DNA of 64,000 nt, from positions 105,834,001 to 105,898,000 of the forward strand of contig NC_043001.1 in assembly GCF_006345805.1 (NCBI RefSeq), given 5' to 3'. Both the position numbers and the translations under genes were made by a program. The notes beneath the pieces are model-generated. The model was not told where the DNA came from, searched no databases, and was given only the letters and a program-made list of their open reading frames with translations. This stretch comes from Octopus sinensis. Its lineage: Eukaryota. This document shows, piece by piece, positions 52,040-64,000 of the stretch (position 1 is the stretch's first letter; every line of letters starts with the position of its first letter).

Positions 52040-53934
52040 AGGTTGGTAACGCAACAGATGTGTGTGTATGTGTGAGTGTGTGCGTGTGCGTGTGTGTAGT
52101 GTGTGTGTGTGAGGCGAGATCAAAAAACAAAAAATATATGTATGTGTTAGTGTGTGCGTCTGTGTGTAGGCGTGTGAGGTGGGCGAGACAGTGGTCGGCA
52201 ATAGCAAACAATGGTCAGTAGTAAGAAAAAGAAGAAGGAGGAAGGGAGGGAGGGGAAGGGGTGGGGGCGTATGTAGCGTGCCAGCGTGTGTTGAGTAGTA
52301 GTGTGTGTGTGTGTCCAGTGTCGTGGTAGTATTAATGGCGAGTAGATTGAATGTGTGTAAGAGTAATGTATATATTTAAGCATGTGTGTATATGTGTGCG
52401 CGTGTGTGGTTGTAACAAAAGGGGGGGTAAGGAAAAAAGGACTCCAGCTGAGGGGAAGATGGAAGAGTGGTCCCGCGGAGACGGGCGTGGGAAACCCCAC
52501 GACAAGCGACGGGTCCCGGAACGAGCGGGAGGTCTCGTCGGGTCCAAGAGCGAGGTGCATGCGGCGCGTATGCGTGCGCGAACCGGCGCAAGCGCGTGCG
52601 TGCGCGCGCCTGCGAGTATGCGCGTAAGTATGTATGTTGTGTGGATGTTGAGTGTGTCTGTGTGTATGTCTGGGTGCAGTGTGGTCCGAATATGTATGTG
52701 AGTATGTGTGTATATATGTGGGTTGTTTGCATAGATGTATGTCCGTGTGTGTGTGTGTGTGTATGTGTATGAGTGTGTATGTATGTACGTGTGGGGGTGG
52801 GAAGTGTGTGTATGTGCATGTGTGTGCGCGTACATACAGTGTGGTGAGTGAGTGTGGTGTGTGTATGTATGTGTGAGTGTGTATGTATGTGTGTGGTAGG
52901 GAAGCATGTATGTGTATGGGTGTATGTATGCGTGTGTGTATGTATGTATGTGTACGTGCGTGTGTGTGTGTGTATGCGTGTCGGTGTGCGCGTGTGCATG
53001 CATGCATGCATGTGCGTATGTGTGTGTGTGTGCATGTGTGTGGGTATATATGTATGTGCGTATATGTGTGTGCATGTGCGTACATGTGTGTGTGTATGCA
53101 TGTGTGTGTATGTAGGTGTGTAGGCGTGTGTGTATAGGTGTATGTATGTAAGTATGTATGGGTGTGTCCGTGTATGTGTGTGTATGTAGGTGTGTGGGCG
53201 TGTGTATATGTGTGTGTATGTAGGTGTGTGGGCGTGTGTATATAGGTGTATGTATGTATGTCTGGGTGTGTCCGTGCATGTTTGTGTGTGTGTGTGTATG
53301 CATGTGTATGTAGGTGTGTGTGTACGTGTGTAATGTATGTGTGTATGCGTGTGTGCGTGTGTATGCGTGCGTGTGTGTATGTAGGTGCGTGTGTAGTGTT
53401 GTGGGAGTGTAAGTGTGTGTGTGCGTGTGCGTGTTTATGTTGGTGTGGCGTATGTGAGTGTGAGTGTATGGGTGTTTGTCATGCATGTGTGTGCGCGTGC
53501 AGGTGAGTGTGTGTGTAAGTATGTGTGTGTGTATGTTTGTGTGAGTGTGTATGTGTGTATGTCTGTGTGTATGTATGTGCGTATAGGAGTATGTAGGTAT
53601 GTGTGTGTGTATGTGTATGGTGTATGTATGTATGTGTGTGTTGTGTGCATGTGTATAAGTATATGTGGTGTGTGCGTATGTGTGTGTATGTGTATGTGTG
53701 TGTGTTTATGTATGTGTGTATGTATGTGTGTAGGCGTGTGTGTGTAGATGTATGTATGTATGGGTGTGCGTCTGTGTTGTTTGGTGTGTGTGTAGATAGA
53801 TCTGTGTGTCTGAGTGAGGGTATGGCTGTGTAGGTGTGTGTATGTTGTGTATGTGTACGTGTGCGTGTGTATGTGTGTGGTGTGTATGCGTGTGAGTGTG
53901 AGTGTATGGGTGTAATGTCTGTGTGTGTGTATAT

Positions 53935-53975
<41 letters not shown>

Positions 53976-54078
53976 TATATATATATATATATATAATCCA
54001 TATATATTATATATATATACTATATATATATATACTATATATTATATATATATAATATAAATATATATAACTATATAT

Positions 54079-54135
<57 letters not shown>

Positions 54136-54200
54136 AATATATAATATATTATATATATATATATATAATATATATATATATTATAAATATATCTATATAT
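52040..54200. repeat. Long degenerate (GT/GTAT/AT)n block
   Basis: Low complexity. It explains the long His/Thr and Val/Cys ORFs. Confidence 0.9.
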
Positions 54201-54501
54201 ATATATATATATATACGTAATAATGAAGGGTGAAATTAATTAATTTGGAATAATTATCAATTACACCAAGTAGTCTTCGGCATGTAAAAGCCTCATTCGA
54301 GGAAAATTTAAGTAATACTAAGCAATAAATGGTTTAGCAACGAATTGCCTTACCACATACCGATTTAGAAATAGCAGTCAAAGAGTTATAGCTATTTCTT
54401 CTACTAAAAAGGGAGATCTCAGTAAAAACAGCAATTGGAAGGCAGACACAAACAGGTAAGAGAGAATGAATTGACGGCAATCTATCATACATTTTTAAGT
54501 T

Positions 54502-54608
54502 ATCTACGGACGTACGTTTCGAAATCAAGTTTTTAGGAAAGCATAGAATTAAATATTAAATATTAAATAATTCTATCTTACCGAACTTCTTTTCTCTTCA
54601 GCGTAGAT
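54502..54608 (-). ncRNA. Canonical type I hammerhead, GUC site, in a PLE-type tail (~54215-54780)
   Basis: AUCUACG-CUGAAGA-GAAA...UUUC-GAA-ACGUACGU-C-CGUAGAU, with a 7-bp stem I. Confidence 0.85.
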
Positions 54609-54782
54609 ACTATAATCATAAATGATTATATATTGAATTTTGAGATACTAGAAGGCACCACTCAACTCAGTATCAGAGCGAGCTAGAATCCGCAACCAGT
54701 ATCACCAAATTCAATGTGTGAATGAAACGATTGTGTCACCAGCCCCTTCCCACCCGCGTGTAGCCAAAACAAGATTACTTAG

Positions 54783-54821
<39 letters not shown>

Positions 54822-54940
54822 TATATATATATATAATATAATAAAATATATATATATATAATTGCAGCGTGGAACGTGTTTATAAGCCATTTAAGAATCA
54901 CACACAAAAGCCGTTCGATTCATCCAACATTTAAGTTTAA

Positions 54941-54990
54941 TTTGTCAAAATATTTTCGTCGCTAAAATCCGCGACCTGTTCACTGACAAA
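54941..54990 (-). ncRNA. G3-C8 hammerhead, left arm
   Basis: UUUGUCA-GUGAACA-G-GUCGC..GCGAC-GAA-AAUAUU-U-UGACAAA. Confidence 0.75.
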
Positions 54991-55972
54991 GTCCGTGCTG
55001 CATCTAAGAAAGTAACAGTTAGTTCGTCATATATATGTACGTATGTATGTGTGTATGTATGCATACAGTGTGTATGTATGTACGTATGCATGTACGCACA
55101 TACGCCTGTGTATGCATGTATGTATGTATGTATGTATGTATGTATGTATATATATATGTATGTGTGTGTATAAGCACGCACATACACTCTATAAAACATA
55201 AAGTTATAAAAACCTGTAGCGATGGATGGATGTAGAGTGCCACTCATCACAACGCTATCAAATCAAATTTCAACTCCCTACGGCCGAGGCTAGAAAGTGA
55301 ATTTATGACGCTTGCTCACAAGACTATACCCTAAAATCTATTATCAGATTTTTCTCTATATCACAGAACTAATGTTTTACTATTGTTCGTATGTATGTAT
55401 GTGCGTATGTATGTATGTATGTATGTATGTATGTATGTATGTATGTATGTATGTATGTATGTATGTGTGTATGTACATACGTACGCATGTGCGTATGTAT
55501 GTATACGCGCTCGTATGCCTGTGCCCATGTATGTGTGTGCGTACATGTACGTGCGTATGTACGTGTGTATGCCCATACGTAGGTATGTATGTATGTTTGT
55601 ATTCATGTGCTACGTATGTATGTGAGTGTCTAGGAGAATGGGTAGATGTGTCCTGTGAGAGTGTGTACATGGTATGTGTATGTGAACGTATGTCCGTGTC
55701 CTGGCATGTGTCCGTCCCAGTTGTGTATGACTGTTACTTTGCTGAAGGTGTACATATTTACATATAGTTGTATAGACGCACACACATGTATATATATATG
55801 TGTGGGTTGTGTTTGTTTCCTCTCATCATCGTCTAACCGTGAATGGATACAACGCCTAGGTGCAACTGTTCGTATCAAACAACGTCTGCTCATACCGTTG
55901 TATATAACTGCACATACGCATTGCAACCTGTATGTAAGGACTACAGGTGAAGGGAGAGAGAGAGAGGGGTGG

Positions 55973-57497
55973 TTATAGAATAGTCCTTCTGAATGGGTTC
56001 TGGATGTTATTCCATTCGGACTTTCGGTTGAGAGTAGGTTTGTATTTCTTGTATACAAACAGCTTCTGTGTGACCGTCTCAACATTGCATCGGTGGGATG
56101 TGTTGATAGGATGTTCAACTTAAGCTCCCCTAAGGATCCCTTGGTGGCAGTCTACAGCATGTTGGTAGAAGATGGAGTTTGGCTTCCTTTCAATGTAGTT
56201 GTCCAGTGTTCTTTGAACCTATCATTGATGCTTCTAGAGGTCTCACCTATGTATGACTCCTGCACTTAATCTCTGGTATACTGCCCTTGGTTTTACAATT
56301 TACGTGTGGATTTGTCGAACACACTGCACAATTACTCTGACAGGTGATTCTATCAAATGGATATGATCTGCATAATGCCGATTTGATAGTCTACCTTCTC
56401 TTTTCTACTACAACTTTAACTTTTAGGCCCGTAGTGCGCAGGACTTTCTTGAATGCATTACTTAGCTCGTTCATAAGTGTGGCCGTCAACGAACATCACT
56501 CCGTGAAATCTCCTGTTATCGTACCAAGTAACGTTTCTCATCTTTTTGTTGGTGTCCCTCTCTAACCTATTCCAGAACTTGTGCGGTACAGGGGGCATAT
56601 ACCGTTTTCGTCGTCGTTCCCTAGAATGCGTTCGAATCTAGCTTTCGCTCCTTTGTACACCCTGACTCTATCGTCTTGTGTGTATCCGGAGCGTTGCATT
56701 CGGAATATGTAGTGCTGGATGTGTTGTTGTCGTTCTTGTGGTTGGCATAGTGGTGATACATTCCTCATTACTCTAACTAAGTCTGCCACTAGGATGTTGA
56801 GTTTGGCAGTATCCGACATAGCTGAGTCACTACGGATTACTAGTGGATTAGCCATCGGTTTCTGATAGTGTGAGTGGAGTATACATGGTTTAATGGTACC
56901 ATTAACCATAGCGTCCTCCATCCATAGCTCCGTATCTAGGACGGGTAATCGTTTACTGGGGTGTTTAGAGGGGCAGTCTATGGTAAGTTTTATACTGCTG
57001 TGGATAGAGTCAGCTATGTGTTGTATAGATGTCATCACCTGTTCTTCACTTGGTAGAGGGCCCATAACTGTGTCTGTATTACATTTCACAACAAGGTTAA
57101 TGTCGTCGACGTAACGAGAGTACATAGCCAAGTGGATGTTACGGTTTGCTAGGCACTGTTTAAAACGTTTGTCCAACCATACCATGAAGAGGTTAGCAAC
57201 GTCACCGGCGATCCCCACTCCAATAGCACCGCCTTTCGTTTGCTTATACAGTTTGTTGTCAAATTTAAAAATATGTGTTTTTAGCGTAAATCTCAGGCTG
57301 ACACAGATAGCATGTGCGATGGTGGTTCTAATATCGTGTGCACTTGAGGGTGGGTAGTCCGGCTTTGTCCATCCCTGCCAACGCTCACAGTGAGTCTTCC
57401 TGTAAGCCGAGGTAATGGTAGGTGGTCTACCGCGTTTGTTACGGGTGGTACAAGCATATAGAAGGTTATTGCGCGACAGGTATTCATTGGTACCAAT
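55973..57497 (-). pseudogene. PLE reverse transcriptase-thumb-linker-GIY-YIG (Neptune-like by motif impression)
   Basis: Open frame 57497-56562: FKFDNKLYKQTKGGAIG, MYSRYVDD, LPVLD, YQKPM, RSGY. After frameshifts it reads C..C, SYIGETSRS...FKEH and ends in a stop at 55973. Confidence 0.92.
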
Positions 57498-58132
57498 TCA
57501 TTGGTAACTACGTATGGGCATACACACGTACATACGCACGTACATGTACGCACACACATACATGGGCACAGGCATACGAGCGCGTATACATACATACGCA
57601 CATGCGTACGTATGTACATACACACATACATACATACATACATACATACATACATACATACATACATACATACATACATACATACATACATACATACGCA
57701 CATACATACATACGAACAATAGTAAAACATTAGTTCTGTGATATAGAGATAAAAATCTGATAATAGATTTTAGGGTATAGTTCTTGTGAGCAAGCGTCAT
57801 AAATTCACTTTCTAGCCTCGGCCGTAGGGAGTTGAAATTTGATAGCGTTGTGATGAGTGGTCACTCTACATCCATCCATCGCTACAGGTTTATAACTTTG
57901 TTTTATAGAGTGTATGTGCGTGCTTATACACACATCATAATATACATACATACATACATACATACATACATACATACATACATACATACATACATACATA
58001 CATACATGCATACACAGGCGTATGTGCGTACATGCATACGTACATACATACACACATGTATGCATACATACAACATACATACGTACATATATATGACGAA
58101 CTAACTGTTACTTTCTTAGATGCAGCACGGAC

Positions 58133-58182
58133 TTTGTCAGTGAACAGGTCGCGGATTTTAGCGACGAAAATATTTTGACAAA
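58133..58182 (+). ncRNA. G3-C8 hammerhead, right arm
   Basis: Identical to the left-arm motif: 7-bp stem I, 5-bp stem II, AAUAUU palindrome. Confidence 0.75.
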
Positions 58183-58364
58183 TTAAACTTATATGTTGGA
58201 GTGAATCGAACGGATTTTGTGTGTTTCTTAATGGCTTATAAACACCTTGCACGCTGCAATTGTTTTCGTTTCAGCACACGATCTCAGATCAAATTACTTC
58301 CTATGCGAGTACATCTCCGTAATATATATATATATAAATATATATATATATAAATATATATAAA

Positions 58365-58407
<43 letters not shown>

Positions 58408-58452
58408 TAATATATATATATATCATATATATATAAATATATATATATACAT

Positions 58453-58485
<33 letters not shown>

Positions 58486-60599
58486 ATATATATATATATA
58501 ATATATATAAATATATATATATACATATATATATATATAAATATATATATATATACACACATATATATATATATATATATATTATAATATATATATATAT
58601 ATATATATATGTTACGTTTAAGGTACAACATTTCATTTCTTTTATTTCACACCTGAAATAATTTTCGCTTGGAACTAATAATGTACAATATCTATAATTC
58701 GAGGTTTTTTGTCTGGAGTGTAAGGTATCAAGCCAGAGGTCAATATAACCAAATTATATACGTAAGCCCATTCAATCAGGCATTACCCATATTGGATACA
58801 ATATTATTTATTAGTCATATTAAGTGAGCTTTCAGAAAACAATTAAATTTGATAGATAACCATGACATTTAACGTCTTTGCTTAAAACGAAATCTGTTAC
58901 CTCGAAAGTGAGCCGTAAACATGTCACAAATTTTGTTACATTTGAAAAATAATAGGTTTGGTTCCATAGGATGACACCGGTTTTGTAAATTGTTTCTTAT
59001 AACGGTGGAATAAAACAGATCATTATTGTTGGAGAAATCGACTCCCTGCTCAAGTAACTGTCGACATAAGGATCCTGCAAGGGACAAAATGAACATTAAA
59101 CTCTGATGCATTTTCGATATAAACCATGCAAAAAAATGCATTCGAGGTCGATATATCATTTATTGAATTTAAACTACCGACTGGAATCCATTTTAGTGTA
59201 GTCACGCTTGGAATGTGCTTGGTGTAAGTCATTATCCATTATTGGTACCAAGTTAGACTTTTTTTAGTTGCATTTATATATTTGTAAACAGTTATTGATT
59301 GAAGACGGTATAAGTAATGAAAATTTTGTTTCAAACGCCAATCTGATGTGTTATCGTATCACACGGTTTCAACTAGATGTATATAATCACTATACTTTAG
59401 TAAAAGCAGTTAAATTAATGTTGCATTAATGTTATATAAATACACTAGTCACCATCAAAGTTACATTTATCACGATAGATTTTTTTCTTCTCTACAAAAT
59501 TCCCAAAAGCCACCGATTACATGATTTTATTTTAAGCTGACATAAAAGTACTCCGGTCCAATCATCTTATTGATTTCAAGTACTTTTTTATGCACCAGAT
59601 GTATGATTTAACTTCAAACTTTTGTACTGCTGGTTGGGAACGGCGCCAACGTTCCGTCAAAGATATTTCACTATACTTTTATGCTAACTGAATTTGTTTG
59701 CTTATATTTTTTTTTTTAATTTTCTTTCTAAATCTTTTCATAACCAGGACTTTCATTTCTAGTTCCTCTTTTAGAAGTCACTCATGATGTAATAAATGGC
59801 ATATTTCTTTTAGAATGCACTCGAATTGATTATGTCACTCTTATTCAAACGCTGTAAATGGGGTATAAATTCTTAATGATGGAAGAATTTTCGTTTTATC
59901 TACGAGTCTTTTATTCTAGTAGACGAAGTTAAATTTAAATATTAAGTATTTTGATATATGAAATAAAATAATAAAACGATATTTTTTTATAGAATGACGA
60001 AGCAAACTGGATTACGAATTATATTAGATCACTGCAGAATTTGTATAAAACATAATGCGATCCTGATACTTTCAGTAATATAACGAGTCCAAATATTGCC
60101 GAGGTTGGCTTTACTTTTGATCCTTTTGTGGTCATTAAAATAAGTACCAGTTGATCACCGGGGGTCGAAATTGAAATGGAAACCAATGTCACGTCGTCAG
60201 TCATAAATCTCTTTTAAGATTAAATATTGCTTTGGTAGGAGTTACTGTATCTTGCCGCATCTGAATACAGCATAATGAACGGCAAACTATTTGGTTATTA
60301 ACAATATATGATAATTAAACGCGTGAAATATAATAACCGTAGAATATAAATAAGGTTGAGTTGGATGCCTGCCTGATGAGTAGAGCTCTAATTCTCCGAA
60401 TCATAAAGCATCAGATATATTGCACAAATATAAAGCGGAATATTTCCGGAATGAGTTTGGTGTTACGTATACTTCCACCAATAAAATAAAACATGGGATT
60501 AAGATTACTAATTCCAACTGCAGAGCAATGCAGTGCAAAGGAAATACGTAAAAGCGGATGCAAAATGCAGATGTGGGCTCTATGACTGCACAACAACGA

Positions 60600-60820
60600 A
60601 TGGCTTAAGATTAGAGAACAAACGGCAGAGAGTAGTGGCCTGATGGTCTCAGCCCTATATCAGAATATCACAAACAGATCATATCACCATCACATCAACG
60701 TGGATGGCACAAGCATACGTATCATGCAGGATTTGTGGAAAATAGGAAGAAATCCTTAGCCACATTTTCTCTAGATAGGGAGGTAGCAAGTACCGAATAA
60801 AGACACAAGCTTAACGAGAC
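60600..60820 (+). pseudogene. Highly decayed R4/Dong-type CCHC region
   Basis: CRICGK.EEILSHIFS-like frame. Confidence 0.4.
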
Positions 60821-61374
60821 AGCAGCGAACCTACAGTGAAATATATGCAGCAGTCATACGTACTTAAAATGTTTTCTACTATAGGTACAAGGCCTGCAAT
60901 TTTAGGAGAGAGGAATAGCCCGTTACATCGACCCCAGTACACAACTGGTACTTTATTTTTATAGATCCCAAAAGGTTGAATGGCAAAAAATATTATTTAA
61001 TATTTTGTCCGCTGTGCTTTTGAAATGCACGTATGTACCGATATGAAGATGAACAACAAGCATCGAGCCATCTAAATCGTAAGCTTAGTATAAAGGGATT
61101 GCTGAGTTTGTCCCCAATTTAAACTTTAGCTACACATACCGAAAACATGTCATTGCTACCCAATCACGAATTAGCTATACCCACACAATCTACGTCAGAA
61201 CCCGTGAACTTATTCAAATTTCCTACTATATATTCCTCTAGAAACCTATGGCAATATGGCCGCCGGACATTTAGATGGCTTCATGCCGTTGACCTTGCAT
61301 AAAAGGAAATCCCAGGCCAGGTGACTTTACACGGTCTCTTCTAAATAATGTCATGTTGGATAAAAGGAGGAATG

Positions 61375-61785
61375 TGTGATTCAGAAGGTTATTGCACACC
61401 GGGCAAAATGCTTAGCAGTATTTTGTCTGCCGTTACATTCTGAGTTCAAATTCCGCCGAGGTCGACTTTGCCTTTCATCCTTTCGTGGTCGATTAAATAA
61501 GTACCAGTTACGCACTGGGGTCGATGTAATCGATTTAATCCGTTTGTCTGTCCTTGTTTGTCCCCTCTGTGTTTAGCCCTTGTGGGCAGTAAAGAAATAA
61601 GTATTTCGTCTATCTTTACGATCTGAGTTCAAATTCCGCCGAGGTCGACTTTGCCTTTCATCATTTCGGGGTCGATTAAATAAATACCAGTTTCGCACTG
61701 AGGTCGTTGTAATCTACTTAATACCTTTGTCTGTCCTTGTTTGTCCCCTTTATGTTTAGCCCCGTGTGGGCAATAAAGAAATAAA
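61375..61785 (+). mobile_element. SINE B dimer: near-full unit to ~61600 plus headless unit
   Basis: Two consecutive bodies. The second begins at GTATTTCGT directly after GTAAAGAAATA. Confidence 0.85.
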
Positions 61786-62749
61786 TATCCTTTATCTCGA
61801 GTAACAAATAATTTTGTTTCCCTATAGGTTCCGCCTGCTCGTAGATAGGGATTTTAAACTTGCAACTCCTCCCGCTAATGCAACGGCTACAGAACAGTGA
61901 TTGCTCCTGCCGATACAATGCCCGAATAACACTTGCTTTACATTTCTTTACTTCTTCCTTTTGCAATATGATTAACTTTTATTACATTTTCTCCCTGTGT
62001 CTCGATCTGCCTTTGTAAAATATACCACGGCTTTAGCAATTTTGCTTTGCGTTTTATATTTCCATTTGCAACTGTTTCTGCCTTCGGTGGTGATAGACAG
62101 GAAGTCTCCAGTTGAGTTAGTAGTTGTGTTGGTATTGTTTTCTCAGCAGAGAAATTTTTCTGTTGATTGTTATCTGTTGGTGGAGTGGAAGTGAAAGAGG
62201 TTAGAGAAAGAGAGAGTTTACAGACGTATTAATGATTTTTCTATGAATTAGTCTGTCCTGCTGTCAGAGATGATGTTTTGGTTAAGCAAGTAGATGGTAT
62301 TGCTGCTCTTGTCGCAGCTGCCGATTTTTATCGCTGCCGTTGTGTTGGTGGTGGCAGTGGTGGTGTTTAGCTGTTTGTTGCTGCTGCTACTACTATCCTT
62401 TCTTTCCGTCGTCGGCGTAATTGCTGCTGGTAGCGACGATTAGGTTTACATTCATTAGTGTTGGGAATGAGGCGCCAAGAAGCGTCGTTCTATTATCTTG
62501 TTGAAAACTCTGTCACCACAATTTGATGACTTTAATAGTTATGTTTCAAGAAAAAAGTGCCAAAATCTGCTACGGAATCAATACGGTGTTACAACCTTTG
62601 CCAATTTCAAAGAGATTCACGTGCGATTCGAAAGGAAAACTTGGCTGATGCAAAAGTACAATATTAATAATTTATATTTTATTTAGACAATGAAGATAAT
62701 GAGGATGATACTCATACTACTCCTAATTATAATGGTTTCAAATTTAGGC

Positions 62750-62930
62750 ACAATACCAGCAATTTCGTGCGAGTGGGTATGTCGACTGAAGCGACACCAC
62801 AGCTCAAATGATATTTATTTTATGGATCCCAAAAGATGAAAGGCAAACACGACCTCAGCAGAATTTAAACTGAGGACTGGAAAACGGACAAAATACCGCT
62901 AGCATTTTGCCCATTGAGCTCATTGTGCTA
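62750..62930 (-). mobile_element. SINE B-type, diverged, alternative tail
   Basis: AAAAGATGAAAGGCAAACACGACCTCAGCAGAATTTAAACT. Confidence 0.6.
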
Positions 62931-63129
62931 CTAAGATTCTGCCAGAAAGTCGCCTTTGATAGTTATAATAATAAGACAACAAACATTACAGACACTAATA
63001 CAACAAATAGAAACAGAATTGAAAGAAGATGCTAATGTAAATAATAATAATAAACAGATTATCGCCGGGACATTTAACGAGATTACACCGGGGAAGTGCA
63101 ATGAGATTACACCGGCATAATTCAAAAGT

Positions 63130-63270
63130 CTAAGAAAAGCAAATATTGACAAGACTCTATCAGATCGCAAATGTAGTAACTGAGGGAAAGGAAACGAGAG
63201 TATCAATCACCTTTTGAATGAGTACATTATAGTAGCAAATACGGATTATCAGTCAAAAGTGTGCATTGGG
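63130..63270 (+). pseudogene. Decayed R4/Dong-type CCHC region
   Basis: KANIDKTLSDRKCS..GNESINHLLNE resembles the 41.6-kb and 43.3-kb fragments. Confidence 0.4.
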
Positions 63271-64000
63271 ATGTTAGTTGAGTGTGAGGGTTCAAAACTA
63301 CTGAAATGTGGTTTGAACAGGAACGAGAGGCTGTGATAGAAAATAGGAAGTGTAAGTCCTTGTGGGGACTTCCCCATAAAAACTGACCCTACTATTGAAG
63401 CATGAAGGACGGATATGATAATAGAGGACAAAATGAACGATGTAAAATCATAGATTTTCTAATTCCCATTGATAGCAGAGTCTTTTTTTCAAAATTCGAG
63501 AAATGTCAAAATATTGAGAATTTTCTAAAAAATTGAGAAATGTCAAAATCTAGACAGAGAGGTGGGGAGACTGGAAGTCCAAGACAACAATTATTCATAT
63601 AGTAATTGGTGTATTTGGCAAAACATTCAAGATGCTGCCTCAAGGAATGAAAGAGTCTGGAATTGAAAGTCACATTGTCGACCTGTAGAAATGTACCATC
63701 CTATATATTCTACAAGAATTCTAAAAAATGATCCTTGAGATTTGAGGAGACATCTTGTCACTAAACCGCAAGATAAAATACTAAATAATTTGCATACACT
63801 AGCGGAATAATAGCATAATTACAATTCTTAAATATAGCATGTAGCGATTAAGATACGCTGAATTGTACGGAGTTTATAACAATATTCAATAATAGAATTG
63901 CGATTTCCTAGTTTATTTGACCCTGGCAAAAATATATGAATTACAGAGTATTTCGAAAATAATTTTTTACTATATTTGTAAATCTTGAAGAAATTTTGTT

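Larger units (their letters stand above)
54861..58260 (-). mobile_element. 5'-truncated Penelope-like element with inverted terminal repeats (54861-55582 / 57508-58260)
   Basis: ~720-750-bp inverted arms enclose the RT plus GIY-YIG coding region. Confidence 0.9.

Noticed and set aside
52147-53833. Long ORFs of 312 and 384 aa
   Set aside because: Translations of (CA/GT)n low-complexity sequence. The same applies to the YI-, HT-, CV- and LSI-rich ORFs throughout the track.
60363-60410. CTGATGA-containing hammerhead candidate
   Set aside because: GAAA is replaced by GAAT, and stems I and III are out of register.
61790-62450. Possible N-terminal part of another ORF1-like element (also 3090-3400)
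   Set aside because: No zinc knuckle or alignable motif, and multiple stops.

Overview
This is AT-rich eukaryotic DNA with no host-gene exon I can support, so it is probably intergenic or deep intronic. The repeat families and microsatellite load suggest an octopus or other coleoid cephalopod genome (inference). Most of the window is microsatellite, tRNA-derived SINEs and retroelement relics: Penelope-like elements (PLEs), R4/Dong-type and other restriction-endonuclease (RLE) LINEs, a CR1-like 3' end, and two zinc-knuckle ORF1-only elements. There is one 100-N gap. The dominant unexplained structure is about 20 type-I hammerhead-ribozyme (HHR) motifs, read by eye, from roughly ten unrelated sequence families. 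Most have a palindromic, dimer-type stem III. The core 3:8 base pair occurs as C-G, U-A and G-C in different families. Many motifs sit in inverted repeats whose 3' tails point outward. One inverted pair flanks a 5'-truncated PLE with a 311-codon open RT frame and a GIY-YIG domain. Another family joins a tRNA-derived head to an HHR tail. No alignment, folding or database search was run; coordinates of decayed elements are approximate.
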